Origin: an uncultured Alphaproteobacteria bacterium
Lineage (GTDB): Bacteria; Pseudomonadota; Alphaproteobacteria; Rs-D84
Length of the DNA: 64,000 nucleotides
NCBI GenBank assembly: GCA_944389185.1
Contig: CALXLL010000003.1
Coordinates: forward strand, 12,754 to 76,753
Direction of reading: 5' to 3'
Shown here one piece after another: positions 7,848 to 18,773 of the stretch. Positions within the stretch are counted from its first letter, which is position 1; each line of letters begins with the position of its first letter. The notes under the pieces were generated by a model that was not told the DNA's origin, made no database searches, and was given only the letters and a program-made list of their open reading frames with translations. Made by a program: the position numbers and the translations under genes.

Positions 7848-8916
7848 TTGTGGAATTGTAGGTTTACCAAACGTTGGAAAATCTACGCTTTTTAATGCTT
7901 TGACGCAAAGCGCTGCTGCAGACGCGCAAAATTATCCTTTTTGCACGATAGAGCCGAATACCGGACGTGTAGTTGTTCCTGACGCAACTTTATTGAAGTT
8001 AGCCGAGTGTGCAAAATCGGCAAAAATAATACCAACGCAACTAGAAATTGTAGATATCGCGGGTCTTGTAAAAGGTGCTTCCAGCGGTGAAGGGCTTGGT
8101 AATAAGTTTCTTGGAAATATATTATCTACGGACGCAATTATTCACGTTGTAAGATGTTTTGAAAACGATGATATAGTTCACGTTAACGGTCATATAGATC
8201 CTTTGGCTGATATTGATACAATTGAAACAGAACTTATGTTGGCAGACCTTGAAAGTCTTGAAAAACAAATAAAAAATCTTGAAAAAAAGGCTCATGGCCT
8301 GGATAAGAATGCAATTAAATTGCTTGAAGACGCAAATAAGATTAAAGAATCTTTATCTGCTGGAACGCCGGCAAGAGATTTAGAAGTTGATGCAAAACCA
8401 TTTAATTTATTAACAGCCAAACCTGTTATATATGTATGTAATGTTGAAGAAGCTGCTGCTGCAAACGGCAATAAATATTCACAGCAAGTAATTGAAAAAT
8501 ATTCTTCTAAATCACCCGTATTGATAATTTCGTCAAAAATAGAAATGGAGATAGCACAAATAGTTGATACAGAAGAAAGAAAGATGTTTTTACAAGAACT
8601 TGGTTTAACAGAATCAGGATTGGATAAAGTTATAAAGACCGGGTATGAAACGCTTGGTTTACAAACTTTTTATACTGTTGGACCAAAAGAAGCGCATGCA
8701 TGGACTATAACGAAAGGTATGACGGCACCGCAAGCCGCCGGTAAAATACACACAGATTTTGAAAAAGGTTTTATTCGTGCCGAAATAATATCACCAGAAG
8801 ATTATTTAACTTATGGCGGTGAAGTCGCTGTAAAAGAAGCCGGTAAAATGCGTCTTGTAGGTAAAGAATACGTTATGCAAGAAGGTGATATTTGCCACTT
8901 TTTATTTAACAATTAA
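7837..8916 (+). CDS. ychF: ribosome-binding ATPase YchF
   Basis: 359 aa. N-terminus [23 protein letters not shown] and the C-terminal TGS-like end are typical of YchF. Confidence 0.92.
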   Translation: [359 protein letters not shown]

Positions 8917-8941
8917 AAAACCGGTTTTTACCGGTTTTTTT
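8915..8941. terminator. bidirectional intrinsic terminator (ychF / dnaG convergent)
   Basis: AAAAAACCGG-TTTTTA-CCGGTTTTTTT. Confidence 0.7.
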
Positions 8942-10556
8942 ATATAGAAATAAGTAAATCTAATTTATCTTGATATTTTTGTATTTCTTCGTCTATTTCT
9001 TTTAATCTGCTTGAAGCGCCTATATCACCAGATAGAACAATATTAGTTATTTCTTTTTTTTCTTTGTGAAGTTTTTCAAGATATTTTTGTATTTTTAATG
9101 AAACTATAAACTTTTCTGCTGCTACGTCATCAAGGTTTAATTCCGGTGCAGATGCATCAAAATCTATATCAAGCGTGCTTAAAAAGTCCATATATCTTTC
9201 CGCAAGAAAAGGATATTTATTTGCTATAAAAATTAAAGTATTTTTAGTTACTGTATCTATTTCAGGAAGTTTTATTTTTATTTCTTTTTTTTGTTTAGTC
9301 CATTTATGCCACTGATTAAATTTTCTTGAATTATATTCTTGTTCATATTCTGACTTTAAATTAACGTCTTTTATTTTATTAATTTTATCTTTTAAGAACT
9401 TTTCCGCTTGTGACCTGCCACCAGGTGTAGAAACTAAAAAGTTTTTATTTGTAATATCCCATAAAAAATCTACTAAAGATTCTGCACTATCTATAATTTT
9501 GCGCATAGCTGTTTCCCCGGATTTTTTTAGTATTTCATCTGGGTCTTTACCGCCAGAAACAAAAGCAAATTTAATATCTGAATTATCTCGAATAAATGGC
9601 ATAACAATATCACAAGCTCTTTCCGCTGCTTTTTGACCGGCTGCATCACCATCAAAGCAGAAAATAATATTTCTATTTGATTTACAAAGTAAAGCAATAT
9701 GATCTTCGGTAAGCGCCGTTCCAAGTGGTGCGACAGTTTCTGGAAAACCGTTATTTTGCATTTGAATAGCGTCTATTTGCCCTTCTACGATAATACTTCT
9801 ATTTGCGCGATGTATAGCATCACGTGCGAAATTCAAACCGAAAATAGTTTTTCTTTTATGGAATAAAATAGTATCTGTCGTGTTTATATATTTAGGTTCA
9901 CTTCCATCCAAACTTCTTCCTGAAAACGCGACGATATTACCGCTGGCATTAAAAATAGGAAACATTAATTTATCACGGAAAAAGTCATACATACCATATT
10001 CACCGCGCCTTACAAGCCCAGTAGATAATAAAGAATCTTGCTTTAAGTTTACAAAATTATTAGCGATTAAATTATTTTTAGGTGCATAGCCAATACGATA
10101 TTTTTTTATCATATCATCTGTGAACCCGCGATTTTTTATATATTCCAGAGCTATTTTTCCTTCTGGTTCATATAGTTTTTTTTGATAAAGTTTTGTTGCT
10201 TTTTCTAATATATCAAAATAAGAATCTTCTTTTGCAATTTGCTGGGCCGATTTTGGTTTATAATCAGGCATTTTTAAACCGGCTTGATTTGCAAGTTCTT
10301 TAATAGCCGAAACAAAGTCTATATTTTCAGATTTCATAACAAAAGAAATAATATCGCCATGCTCGCCACAACCGAAACAGTGATAAAACCCTTTTTCTTC
10401 GTTAACTGAAAAACTTGGCGTTTTTTCATTATGAAACGGGCAGCAACCCCAATAGTTTTGACCTTTTTTATTAAGCGCAACTTTTCGCCCTACGACATCA
10501 ACAATTGATAATCTTGCACGAAGTTCATCTGTAAAGTTTCTGTCGTAATTGGCCAT
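8940..10556 (-). CDS. dnaG: DNA primase
   Basis: 538 aa. CHC2 zinc finger CPFHNEKTPSF..CFGCG, then a TOPRIM region (EGQIDA...DGDAAG). Confidence 0.92.
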   Translation of the reverse strand: MANYDRNFTDELRARLSIVDVVGRKVALNKKGQNYWGCCPFHNEKTPSFSVNEEKGFYHCFGCGEHGDIISFVMKSENIDFVSAIKELANQAGLKMPDYKPKSAQQIAKEDSYFDILEKATKLYQKKLYEPEGKIALEYIKNRGFTDDMIKKYRIGYAPKNNLIANNFVNLKQDSLLSTGLVRRGEYGMYDFFRDKLMFPIFNASGNIVAFSGRSLDGSEPKYINTTDTILFHKRKTIFGLNFARDAIHRANRSIIVEGQIDAIQMQNNGFPETVAPLGTALTEDHIALLCKSNRNIIFCFDGDAAGQKAAERACDIVMPFIRDNSDIKFAFVSGGKDPDEILKKSGETAMRKIIDSAESLVDFLWDITNKNFLVSTPGGRSQAEKFLKDKINKIKDVNLKSEYEQEYNSRKFNQWHKWTKQKKEIKIKLPEIDTVTKNTLIFIANKYPFLAERYMDFLSTLDIDFDASAPELNLDDVAAEKFIVSLKIQKYLEKLHKEKKEITNIVLSGDIGASSRLKEIDEEIQKYQDKLDLLISI

Positions 10557-12814
10557 TATTTTTTGTTATCCTTTTTGCTGGCTATTTTCTTATTTATCAG
10601 TTGTATAGCTGTTTCTAAATCTGGTTGATTTTTTACAGAAACATTAACTTTATTAGAAGATATATAAGCACCATATCTTCCTGTTGGATAATAATATATT
10701 TTTTGTTTAGTTTCTGGATTTTCACCAAGCTCTATTGGTTCAGCTTTTTTCTTTGCACCAGATAATAATTCTTTTGCAATTTCTAAGGTAATGGTTTCTT
10801 CGGTATATTGCTTGGCAGGAACGTTTTTACTGCCGTCTGTGACGTAAGGGCCGAATTTTCCAACTTTGAAATAAATGTTTTCACCTAAATCAATATCGAT
10901 TTTTTGTGGTATTTTTTTATCTTCATTTAAGTCTTGTGGATAGATGTCAGAGCCGTTTTCAAGCTTTTTTACATAGTCGCATTTTGGGTAATTAGAACAA
11001 CCAATAAAAGCACCGAACTTAGATAATTTAATACCAAGCTTGCTTCCGCATTTCGGGCAAATATCGTTACCGTCTGCAAACAAATGTTTATGCATATTAT
11101 CATTTATAGAATCAATAATTTCTGACGTTTTAATATCTTTTGCAGAATCTATCATTTTTTTTGTTGGTTTCCAGAAATCATTCAAAGCGGATATTTTTTC
11201 TTTTTTACCGTTTGAAACGTCGTCAAGTGTATCTTCTGTTTTAGCTGTAAAATTAACGTCTACTAAATCGTCAAAGTATTTTGACAGATAAGAAGCTATG
11301 ACCCAACCACCCGAAGTTGGATGAAATCTTCTTTGTTTATCTTGTTCTACATACTTTCTATCTACGATTGTTGACATAATAGTTGCATAAGTAGAAGGAC
11401 GCCCTATTCCAAGCTCTTCCAATTTTTTCACAAGTGAAGCTTCTGTATATCTTGCTGGTGGCTGAGTAAAATGTTGTTCCGGTAAAAACTTTGTTATAGT
11501 AATTTTATCGCCCGTATTCATAGGTGGTAATTTTGCTTCTTTCGTTTCATCAGAATCGTCTTTATCTTCAGTATAAACCTTCATAAAACCGTCAAAAGTT
11601 CTTGTGGTACCTACTGCATGAAAAACAGCAACTTTATTATCTGTTTCTATATCAGCAGAAATACTGTCAAACTCTGCGTTTTTCATCTGACAAGCAATTG
11701 TTCTTTTCCATATTAAATCATAAAGTTTTGCTTCATCACCTGAAAGGTTTGGTCTGTCTGAATCAAAATGAGTTGGTCTGATAGCTTCGTGCGCTTCCTG
11801 AGCGTTTTTAGATTTTGTCACATAAATATTAGGTTTTTCAGGAACAAACTTATCACCGTATTCTTTTTGTATATAGCTTCTTATTTCATTAACAGCTTCG
11901 GCAGATAAGTTAGTTGCGTCAGTTCGCATATAAGTAATCAAACCTTGTTCATATAATTTCTGGGCCGTAGCCATAGTTCTTTTAGAAGCAAAGTATAATT
12001 TTCTTGCAGCTTCTTGTTGCAGTGTGCTGGTTGTAAAAGGTGCAGCTGCTTTTCTTGAAGTTTTCTTTTTATCTATATTAACAACAGTTGCAGAAACATC
12101 TGGTTGTCCGACAGCAGATAATATTTCATCAATATATTCTTTGTTTTTTATTGTTAATTTTTCTATTTTTTCAGATTTAAACTTAGAAAGGGTCGCAGTA
12201 AAGTTTGAATCTTTTATGTTACAGTCTGCGTCCAAAGACCAGTATTCAACCGGTTTAAAAGCTTCTATTTCTTTTTCTCTATCAACGACCAGCTTTACCG
12301 CAACAGACTGAACGCGACCTGCTGAACGTCCAAGATTCCTTCGCCACAGCAAAGGTGATATACCAAAACCGATTAAATAATCTAAGGCTCTACGGACAAG
12401 ATAAGCGTCAACAAGATTGGTATCTATTTCACGTGGATGTTCTATGGCTTCAAGAACTGCTTTTTTAGTAATTTCATGAAATGCGACGCGATAAACTTTT
12501 TTATTATCTAAAACTTTTTTAGATTTTAATATATCAAGTATATGCCAAGCGATGGCTTCACCTTCACGGTCAGGGTCCGATGCAAGATATATATTGTCTG
12601 CTTTTTTAAGCTCGTCAATTATAAGTTTTATTTGTTTTTCTTTACCTGGCATAATCTGCCAGCGCATTTTGAAGTCGTGTTCTGTATCGACGCTGCCGTT
12701 TTCTGGAACTAAATCGCGAACGTGTCCGACAGAAGCAACGACTTTCCAGCCGTTACCAAGGTATTTACCGATAGTTTTAGCTTTTGAAGGTGATTCAACG
12801 ATAAGCAGATTCAT
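10556..12814 (-). CDS. topA: DNA topoisomerase I
   Basis: 752 aa. N-terminus MNLLIVESPSKAKTIGKYLG (TOPRIM), and C-terminal Cys4 zinc-ribbon motifs (CPKCGS...CSNYPKC). Confidence 0.92.
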   Translation of the reverse strand: MNLLIVESPSKAKTIGKYLGNGWKVVASVGHVRDLVPENGSVDTEHDFKMRWQIMPGKEKQIKLIIDELKKADNIYLASDPDREGEAIAWHILDILKSKKVLDNKKVYRVAFHEITKKAVLEAIEHPREIDTNLVDAYLVRRALDYLIGFGISPLLWRRNLGRSAGRVQSVAVKLVVDREKEIEAFKPVEYWSLDADCNIKDSNFTATLSKFKSEKIEKLTIKNKEYIDEILSAVGQPDVSATVVNIDKKKTSRKAAAPFTTSTLQQEAARKLYFASKRTMATAQKLYEQGLITYMRTDATNLSAEAVNEIRSYIQKEYGDKFVPEKPNIYVTKSKNAQEAHEAIRPTHFDSDRPNLSGDEAKLYDLIWKRTIACQMKNAEFDSISADIETDNKVAVFHAVGTTRTFDGFMKVYTEDKDDSDETKEAKLPPMNTGDKITITKFLPEQHFTQPPARYTEASLVKKLEELGIGRPSTYATIMSTIVDRKYVEQDKQRRFHPTSGGWVIASYLSKYFDDLVDVNFTAKTEDTLDDVSNGKKEKISALNDFWKPTKKMIDSAKDIKTSEIIDSINDNMHKHLFADGNDICPKCGSKLGIKLSKFGAFIGCSNYPKCDYVKKLENGSDIYPQDLNEDKKIPQKIDIDLGENIYFKVGKFGPYVTDGSKNVPAKQYTEETITLEIAKELLSGAKKKAEPIELGENPETKQKIYYYPTGRYGAYISSNKVNVSVKNQPDLETAIQLINKKIASKKDNKK

Positions 12815-12817
12815 GTT

Positions 12818-13963
12818 TTAACTTCCTTTTGCAGACAGTTGCTGGTCTTTGTGAATATGAGCGTTCTGACATAATCCGAAACCAAACATCAAGGATAAAA
12901 GACTGCTTCCACCGAAAGACATCAAAGGCAGCGGTACCCCAACAGTTGGCATCAGACCAAGAACCATAGAGATATTTATAAAATAATAAATAAAAAAGTT
13001 CAACATAAAACCAAAACATACCAGTTGACCAAATCTATTTCTGCAAGTTTTTGCACACCAGAACAGTAAAGCTATTATAATTGAATATATCATAAGTAAA
13101 GTAAAAGCACCTATAAAACCAAACTCTTCTCCCAGCATAGTGAATATAAAATCTGTTTGTTTTTCAGGTAAGAAAGATTGTTGTGATTGTGAACCATTCA
13201 TATATCCTTTACCAAGAAAGCCACCACTGCCAAAAGCTATTTTAGCTTGCGTGATTTGATAACCTGAACCTTGTGCATCATGGTCTGGGTTTATAAAAGT
13301 AATTATTCTGTCTCGCTGATAGTCATGCAGGCCGCCATACCAAATTATCGGAGCAGACATTAAACCTATTATTATAGCGATAATAAACCATTTTTTCTGT
13401 GCCCCTACTATATAAAACATACCAACGGTTATCATTCCCAAAGATAAAGCTGTTCCTAAATCAGGTTGGGCAACTATTAAGCTGAATGGCACGAAAAGCA
13501 TAAGTGCGGGCACAACATAATTTTTTATCTGAGATAATTCAACTGAATTCATCCAAGCAGAATATCTTGCCAAAGCTAAAACCAAAGCAATTTTAATAAG
13601 TTCGGACGGTTGCACGTGAAAAAAACCAAGATTTAACCATCTTTGTGCACCCATACCAGTATGCCCCACGAAAGTGACAAGTATTATCAATAATAAAGCT
13701 ATGCCATAAATAACGTAAGCAGATTTTATCCAGGTCTTTATATTAGTAAATGCGGCAAAAAAGAACACAGCAAGACTTAAAAGTATTTTTATAAGCTGAG
13801 AAAACGCAAAAGGACGCCAAGCCCCCCCACCTGCAGAATATAACATAACAATAGACAGCGTTAAAACAAGGCAAACAGGTATAAACATAGCCCAAGAAAA
13901 CCGACTAAGCTTTTCTGAAAAGCTCATCATACTTGCATTAGAAACTCTTGTTTGTCTGGTCAT
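12818..13963 (-). CDS. rodA: peptidoglycan glycosyltransferase RodA (SEDS family)
   Basis: 381-aa polytopic membrane protein of the FtsW/RodA family, directly downstream of the PBP2 gene. Confidence 0.85.
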   Translation of the reverse strand: MTRQTRVSNASMMSFSEKLSRFSWAMFIPVCLVLTLSIVMLYSAGGGAWRPFAFSQLIKILLSLAVFFFAAFTNIKTWIKSAYVIYGIALLLIILVTFVGHTGMGAQRWLNLGFFHVQPSELIKIALVLALARYSAWMNSVELSQIKNYVVPALMLFVPFSLIVAQPDLGTALSLGMITVGMFYIVGAQKKWFIIAIIIGLMSAPIIWYGGLHDYQRDRIITFINPDHDAQGSGYQITQAKIAFGSGGFLGKGYMNGSQSQQSFLPEKQTDFIFTMLGEEFGFIGAFTLLMIYSIIIALLFWCAKTCRNRFGQLVCFGFMLNFFIYYFINISMVLGLMPTVGVPLPLMSFGGSSLLSLMFGFGLCQNAHIHKDQQLSAKGS

Positions 13964-13965
13964 AA

Positions 13966-15741
13966 TTATTTCATATCTTTCAGTAATTCTTTCATTGTTT
14001 CTGCAACTACTTTTACGGCAGGACCGCTTCCGCCAGAATGTTCGGTAATTGCACAGACCGCATATTTAGGTTTGTTAACAGGTGCATAACCTACAAATAA
14101 ACCGTGGTTTCTCATATTCCATTTTAATTGTTCATTTGTCAGAACACCACTTAATCTTTCCGCCATAGAAATACTACGAACTTGTGAAGTCCCAGTTTTA
14201 CCGCCCATCTTTTTCCCATTTACGTTTATTGCATTTCCTGCGGCTGTTCCGCCTTTCTTCGTTACTTGTTCTAGTCCGTTTAATATAGCTTTTATATTTT
14301 TGGGTTGTATATCAAGTTTTTTAAAATTAGGTTTTTTATCTGTTTTTATTAATCTTGGAACAACTACTTTATTAGAAGCTGTTCTTGCTATCATAATTGC
14401 TAGCTGTAAACAGTTTGAAAGTATAAAACCTTGTCCGATTCCGGATATAATCGTGTCACCATGAACCCAGCTATAACCGATATTTTTTTCTTTCCAATAT
14501 CTGTCTGGAACTACGCCTGACATTTCCCTTGATAACATATCATCCAAATATTTTTGTCCCAAACCCAATTTCAAGGCCATTTCTTTGATAGAGTCTATAC
14601 CTATACGCAATGCAAGCTGATAAAAATATATGTCACAAGAGTGTTTAAGTGCACCCGCTAAATCAACCCAACCATGACCTTTGGTGTCCCAGCAATGATA
14701 TCGTCTATCGCCATAATCCCAATGACCAGGGCAATGTATCTTTTCATTTGGGGTTATAGCCCCTGCTTCCAGTGCAGCCAAAGCAACAACTATTTTAAAA
14801 GTTGAACCTGGTGGATACATACCTTCTATTGTCTTATTCATAAAAGGTTTCATATAATCTTTTATTAATGAAGCCATATATTCGTCACCGTCTGGGGCAG
14901 AAAACATATTAGGATCAAAACTTGGTGCAGATACCATAGCTAAAATATCACCTGTTTCTATGTCCAGCGCAACGCCGCATCCAGATTTTGCCAGTTCTAA
15001 ATAGTCATACATAACACGTTGAACGTTATCTTTTATCGTTATTTGAATGTCTTTACCAGGTATTGCCGATATATATTGGCTTTTATCTTCACCTGTTATT
15101 CTACCTGTTGCGTTTGTTATCATAACTGTTTGACCTGGAATACCAGCAAGCTCTTTATCAAACTTCCTTTCCAGCCCAGTAATACCTTTTGTAAAGAAGG
15201 GTGCGTTTGGAACGGGTTTTTCTGGTTCACCTATATAACCAAACACTTGTGCCCCAGCCGGTCCCATTTCATAAATCCTTGCAAAACCACTTCTGAAATG
15301 AAGACCGGTAAGATTTTTTGCTTGAAGATTTGCCAACGTTTCCCAGTCTGTATTTTCTGATACTAATACAGGTTGAAACTTTGGCTGTTTATTTATTTTA
15401 CTTTTTATTTTTTCTAGTGTTTTCTTTTTAAGATTCAGCTCTTTTGTAACTGTATTTAATAATAAATCTATATTATCAGATTCTTCAGGTATTATATAAG
15501 TTCGATAAATAGGAGTATCTCTGGATATAGGATTACCGTTGTTTGATAATATTTTTCCTCTTTCTGCAATATTTATTTGAATTCTGAAAGAGTTATTTTC
15601 GCTTTTTTTTGTGTATTCTTTATAGCTGAATACTTGCATTTGCAGCATTCTTAATATCAAAGCCGACGTTAAAATTGCACCGCCCGTTAAAAACAAAGCG
15701 CTTCTTCTATCAAAAAGTTTTGCAACTTCTTTATCTATCAT
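13966..15741 (-). CDS. mrdA: penicillin-binding protein 2 (elongasome transpeptidase)
   Basis: 591 aa. N-terminal anchor and transpeptidase motifs (STFK, SGI/SxN-like, KTGT). Located between mreD and rodA. Confidence 0.88.
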   Translation of the reverse strand: MIDKEVAKLFDRRSALFLTGGAILTSALILRMLQMQVFSYKEYTKKSENNSFRIQINIAERGKILSNNGNPISRDTPIYRTYIIPEESDNIDLLLNTVTKELNLKKKTLEKIKSKINKQPKFQPVLVSENTDWETLANLQAKNLTGLHFRSGFARIYEMGPAGAQVFGYIGEPEKPVPNAPFFTKGITGLERKFDKELAGIPGQTVMITNATGRITGEDKSQYISAIPGKDIQITIKDNVQRVMYDYLELAKSGCGVALDIETGDILAMVSAPSFDPNMFSAPDGDEYMASLIKDYMKPFMNKTIEGMYPPGSTFKIVVALAALEAGAITPNEKIHCPGHWDYGDRRYHCWDTKGHGWVDLAGALKHSCDIYFYQLALRIGIDSIKEMALKLGLGQKYLDDMLSREMSGVVPDRYWKEKNIGYSWVHGDTIISGIGQGFILSNCLQLAIMIARTASNKVVVPRLIKTDKKPNFKKLDIQPKNIKAILNGLEQVTKKGGTAAGNAINVNGKKMGGKTGTSQVRSISMAERLSGVLTNEQLKWNMRNHGLFVGYAPVNKPKYAVCAITEHSGGSGPAVKVVAETMKELLKDMK

Positions 15742-16189
15742 TGCAAACCTTTTTAATCAAAGTTGTTATAGGTAAATATAATAAAGAAACCCATACGAAA
15801 AGCCAACAAGCAGTGAACAAACTGGATAAGCTTATATTAGCTAAAAATAATATAATCATAGCCAAGCCAAAAAACAACATAAAGAAAACGAAAGCATTAT
15901 TTTCAATTTGTCTAAGGTCTATGTATGGTTGGAAACCGTTTGCAGAGTAAAAAACGCAATATAAGCAAGTCCAAAAAACCAAAGTATCAAACTTATAATC
16001 TATCAAAAAGCAAAATAGCAAAGAATATATCGGGAAAAACGGGACAGGTTTAACAAACGAGCAATAAAATATAGGTATAATAGCCAGTATTCCAGCAGGA
16101 TTCCAAAAATTGACGGAAAGATTCCATAAAAACAAAACCGTTAAAAACGGAAATATCAGCTTAAAAAAATATATAATATTTTTCTTCAT
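15731..16189 (-). CDS. mreD: rod shape-determining protein MreD
   Basis: 152-aa polytopic membrane protein between mreC and mrdA. The assignment is largely positional. Confidence 0.7.
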   Translation of the reverse strand: MKKNIIYFFKLIFPFLTVLFLWNLSVNFWNPAGILAIIPIFYCSFVKPVPFFPIYSLLFCFLIDYKFDTLVFWTCLYCVFYSANGFQPYIDLRQIENNAFVFFMLFFGLAMIILFLANISLSSLFTACWLFVWVSLLYLPITTLIKKVCNDR

Positions 16190-17007
16190 TTATATTTATT
16201 ATTTTTATCAAAATCTAATACTATAACGCTTGAAAGTTTTTTAGGGTTTAATACATCTACGTCTGTTTCGTTTATCATAGAACCGACGAAAATACCTTCT
16301 GGCAGGACGCCGCTTATATTACTTGTAATAAGTTTTATACCTGCGGCCGGTTGAAACATAGGATCGCTGAAAAATCCCATTGTAGGAACAGACGAACCGT
16401 TTCCGCGTAAAAAACCGTAAACTTCGGATCCGGCGATTCTAACAGCTATATTACTGGAAGAGTCTATTAACGATTTTACGCGCGAAAAATCTGGTGCGAC
16501 TTCGGATACTACGCCAACCAAAGCACCGTCTAGGGATATTACAACCATACCCTTTTCTATACCGCTTTTTATACCTTTGTTGATAAAGAAAGTGCTGTGA
16601 TTAAAAGCGGTTGTGTCATGGACTACGTCTGCAAGTATAGAATTATTAGGTATAGACTTTACTATATTAAGTTCTTTATGAAGTCTTTGATTTTCTTGCA
16701 TAGTAATTTCGCAAGACATATTATATTGCAAAGCTTCATTTAATCTGACTTTTAGTTCTTCGTTTTCGGTGCGAAGATTTGAAAGTTCGTGGATATTATC
16801 AGCAAAGTCACCAACCGCCCTAATTGGCCAAGTTATTACGTTACCTAACCAGTTTGCGACAGGTATAAAAACGTGTGCCAGTCCGTTGATTATATTATAG
16901 TCTGGTTTTGCGACCATAATGTATATAAAAAGTATAGGTAAAATAGCCGCTGCGACGGCGGATTTAATTAATTCACGGACTCTGGAAGATAGTTTCTTTT
17001 GCTTCAT
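16186..17007 (-). CDS. mreC: rod shape-determining protein MreC
   Basis: 273 aa. N-terminal TM helix, coiled-coil (LRTENEELKVRLNE) and a beta-rich C-terminal domain. ATGA overlap with mreD. Confidence 0.85.
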   Translation of the reverse strand: MKQKKLSSRVRELIKSAVAAAILPILFIYIMVAKPDYNIINGLAHVFIPVANWLGNVITWPIRAVGDFADNIHELSNLRTENEELKVRLNEALQYNMSCEITMQENQRLHKELNIVKSIPNNSILADVVHDTTAFNHSTFFINKGIKSGIEKGMVVISLDGALVGVVSEVAPDFSRVKSLIDSSSNIAVRIAGSEVYGFLRGNGSSVPTMGFFSDPMFQPAAGIKLITSNISGVLPEGIFVGSMINETDVDVLNPKKLSSVIVLDFDKNNKYK

Positions 17008-17146
17008 TGCCGTTTTAGTGTAGCCTGTAAAAAGCTATTATTCAATAAAAACTTGATTTTTCTTTTAATTGTGTCAGAATACCAAGCGTGTTAGACAAAC
17101 CAAAGTGGCAAGGCATTGCCATCAGGTTATAAAAAAAGAGGTTAAA

Positions 17147-17350
17147 ATGCCAAAATTAAAAACAAAGTCATATTTGAAGAAACGTGCTTCTATGACTGCA
17201 ACAGGTAAAATCCGTGTTGCCAGAAACGCTCATAAAAAACTGTTGCGTAAAAAGTCCAAAAGGGCAAATAACGCAGGTTCAAAACCACAATATTTAAATG
17301 ATAACATGGTTGGTCAGGCTAAAATCTTGGCTCCATATGGTTTGAAGTAA
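17147..17350 (+). CDS. rpmI: 50S ribosomal protein L35
   Basis: MPKLKTKSYLKKRASMTATGKIRVARNAHKKLL... The start was moved to the internal ATG at 17147, preceded by AAGAGG. The ORF-track start at 17069 adds a non-homologous extension. Confidence 0.88.
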   Translation: MPKLKTKSYLKKRASMTATGKIRVARNAHKKLLRKKSKRANNAGSKPQYLNDNMVGQAKILAPYGLK

Positions 17351-17365
17351 TAAGGGGGTAAGATT

Positions 17366-17734
17366 ATGGCAAGAGTTAAACGCGGAACTACCGTAAGACA
17401 AAAACATAATAAAATACTTGAACGTGCAAAGGGCTATCTTGGTCGTCACAGCACAACTTATCGTGCTGCACGTGAAAAAACAGAAAAAGCCGGGCAATAC
17501 GCATATCGCGATCGTCGTGCAAAAAAACGCGATTTTCGCTCTTTGTGGATTGTTCGTATTAATGCTGCCGTTCGTCCAAACGGTTTGACATACAGCCAAT
17601 TTATGAATGGTTTAAGAAAAGCCGGTGTTGTTTTGGATCGTAAAGTATTAGCTGAAATGGCTTATGCTGGTGATGAAAACTTCGCTAAATTGGTTGAAAC
17701 AGCAAAACGATTTATTACAGGGGAAGCAAAATAA
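17366..17734 (+). CDS. rplT: 50S ribosomal protein L20
   Basis: 122 aa; [24 protein letters not shown]... is the canonical L20 N-terminus. Confidence 0.93.
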   Translation: MARVKRGTTVRQKHNKILERAKGYLGRHSTTYRAAREKTEKAGQYAYRDRRAKKRDFRSLWIVRINAAVRPNGLTYSQFMNGLRKAGVVLDRKVLAEMAYAGDENFAKLVETAKRFITGEAK

Positions 17735-17769
17735 AACCCTTGTTGGCAGCTTGTTGTTTTGTCATAATA

Positions 17770-17796
17770 AAGCCGTCAATAGACGGCTTTTAATTT
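17770..17796 (+). terminator. intrinsic terminator/attenuator between rplT and pheS
   Basis: AAGCCGTC-AATA-GACGGCTT followed by TTAATTTTA, ending 15 nt before the pheS ATG. Confidence 0.6.
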
Positions 17797-17811
17797 TATA
17801 AGGAACCGATT

Positions 17812-18759
17812 ATGCAAGATAAGATTAAAAATATAAATAATATAGAAGAGTTACAAGCTTTATATACGGCAACGTTTGGTAAAAACGGAACGATGACCGC
17901 ACGTTTAAAAGAAATGAAGAATCTTGATAATGAAGCGCGTGCAAGTTTAAACAAAGAAAATACAATGCTTCGTGAATTATTCAAGAATCGTCAGATAGAG
18001 CTTGAAAATCAAGCGTTAATGGAAGGACTTGCAAAGCAAAGACTGGACGCTAGTTTGAATCCAGAACCTGAAAATATAGGAACGCTTCATCCTTTGACCA
18101 AGTCTTTATCAGAAATATCCGCTGTATTAGAATCTTTCGGTTATAAAATGTGGACTGGTCCAGAAATTGAAGATGACTGGCATAACTTTACTGCTTTGAA
18201 TACGCCAGATTATCATCCGGCGCGCGATATGCAAGACAGCTTCTTTTTAGATAACGGGAACGTTATGCGGACGCAAACGTCTGCTATTCAAATTCGAAGC
18301 ATGGAAAAAGAAGGTGCGCCAATAAAAATGTTCGGTGTAGGGGCTACTTATCGTAAAGAGATGGATGCCACTCACAGTCCTATGTTCCATCAGATTGAAG
18401 GTCTGTATATTGATAAAGATATAACCATGTCCGATTTAATATCTGACGTTAAAGAGTTTCTAAAAAAGTTCTTTGAAATGGACGAAGTAGAGCTTCGTAT
18501 AAGACCGTCTTATTTCCCGTTTACAGAACCAAGTATAGAGATAGACTTAAAATGGCAGGGTGGAAAATGGCTTGAAATAATGGGGGCTGGTATGGTTCAT
18601 CCAAACGTTTTAAGAAATTGCAATATAGATCCAGATGTTTATCAAGGTTTTGCTTTTGGTTTCGGTTGGGACAGACTTGCAATGTTAAAATATGGTCTAA
18701 ACGATATCAGGCAGTTTTATGACGGTGATATTCGTTGGTTAAGAAAAACGGGTTTTTAA
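17812..18759 (+). CDS. pheS: phenylalanine--tRNA ligase alpha subunit
   Basis: 315 aa. Class II aaRS motifs (HPARDMQDSFF; FRxE-like; GFAFGFGWDRLAM). Confidence 0.92.
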   Translation: MQDKIKNINNIEELQALYTATFGKNGTMTARLKEMKNLDNEARASLNKENTMLRELFKNRQIELENQALMEGLAKQRLDASLNPEPENIGTLHPLTKSLSEISAVLESFGYKMWTGPEIEDDWHNFTALNTPDYHPARDMQDSFFLDNGNVMRTQTSAIQIRSMEKEGAPIKMFGVGATYRKEMDATHSPMFHQIEGLYIDKDITMSDLISDVKEFLKKFFEMDEVELRIRPSYFPFTEPSIEIDLKWQGGKWLEIMGAGMVHPNVLRNCNIDPDVYQGFAFGFGWDRLAMLKYGLNDIRQFYDGDIRWLRKTGF

Positions 18760-18773
18760 TAAAAGGCTTTGAA

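Noticed and set aside
17735-17811. A Phe-rich leader peptide (pheM-type attenuator) upstream of pheS.
   Set aside because: The only short frame across the hairpin begins with TTG and encodes no Phe run. The hairpin is more simply the rpmI-rplT terminator.
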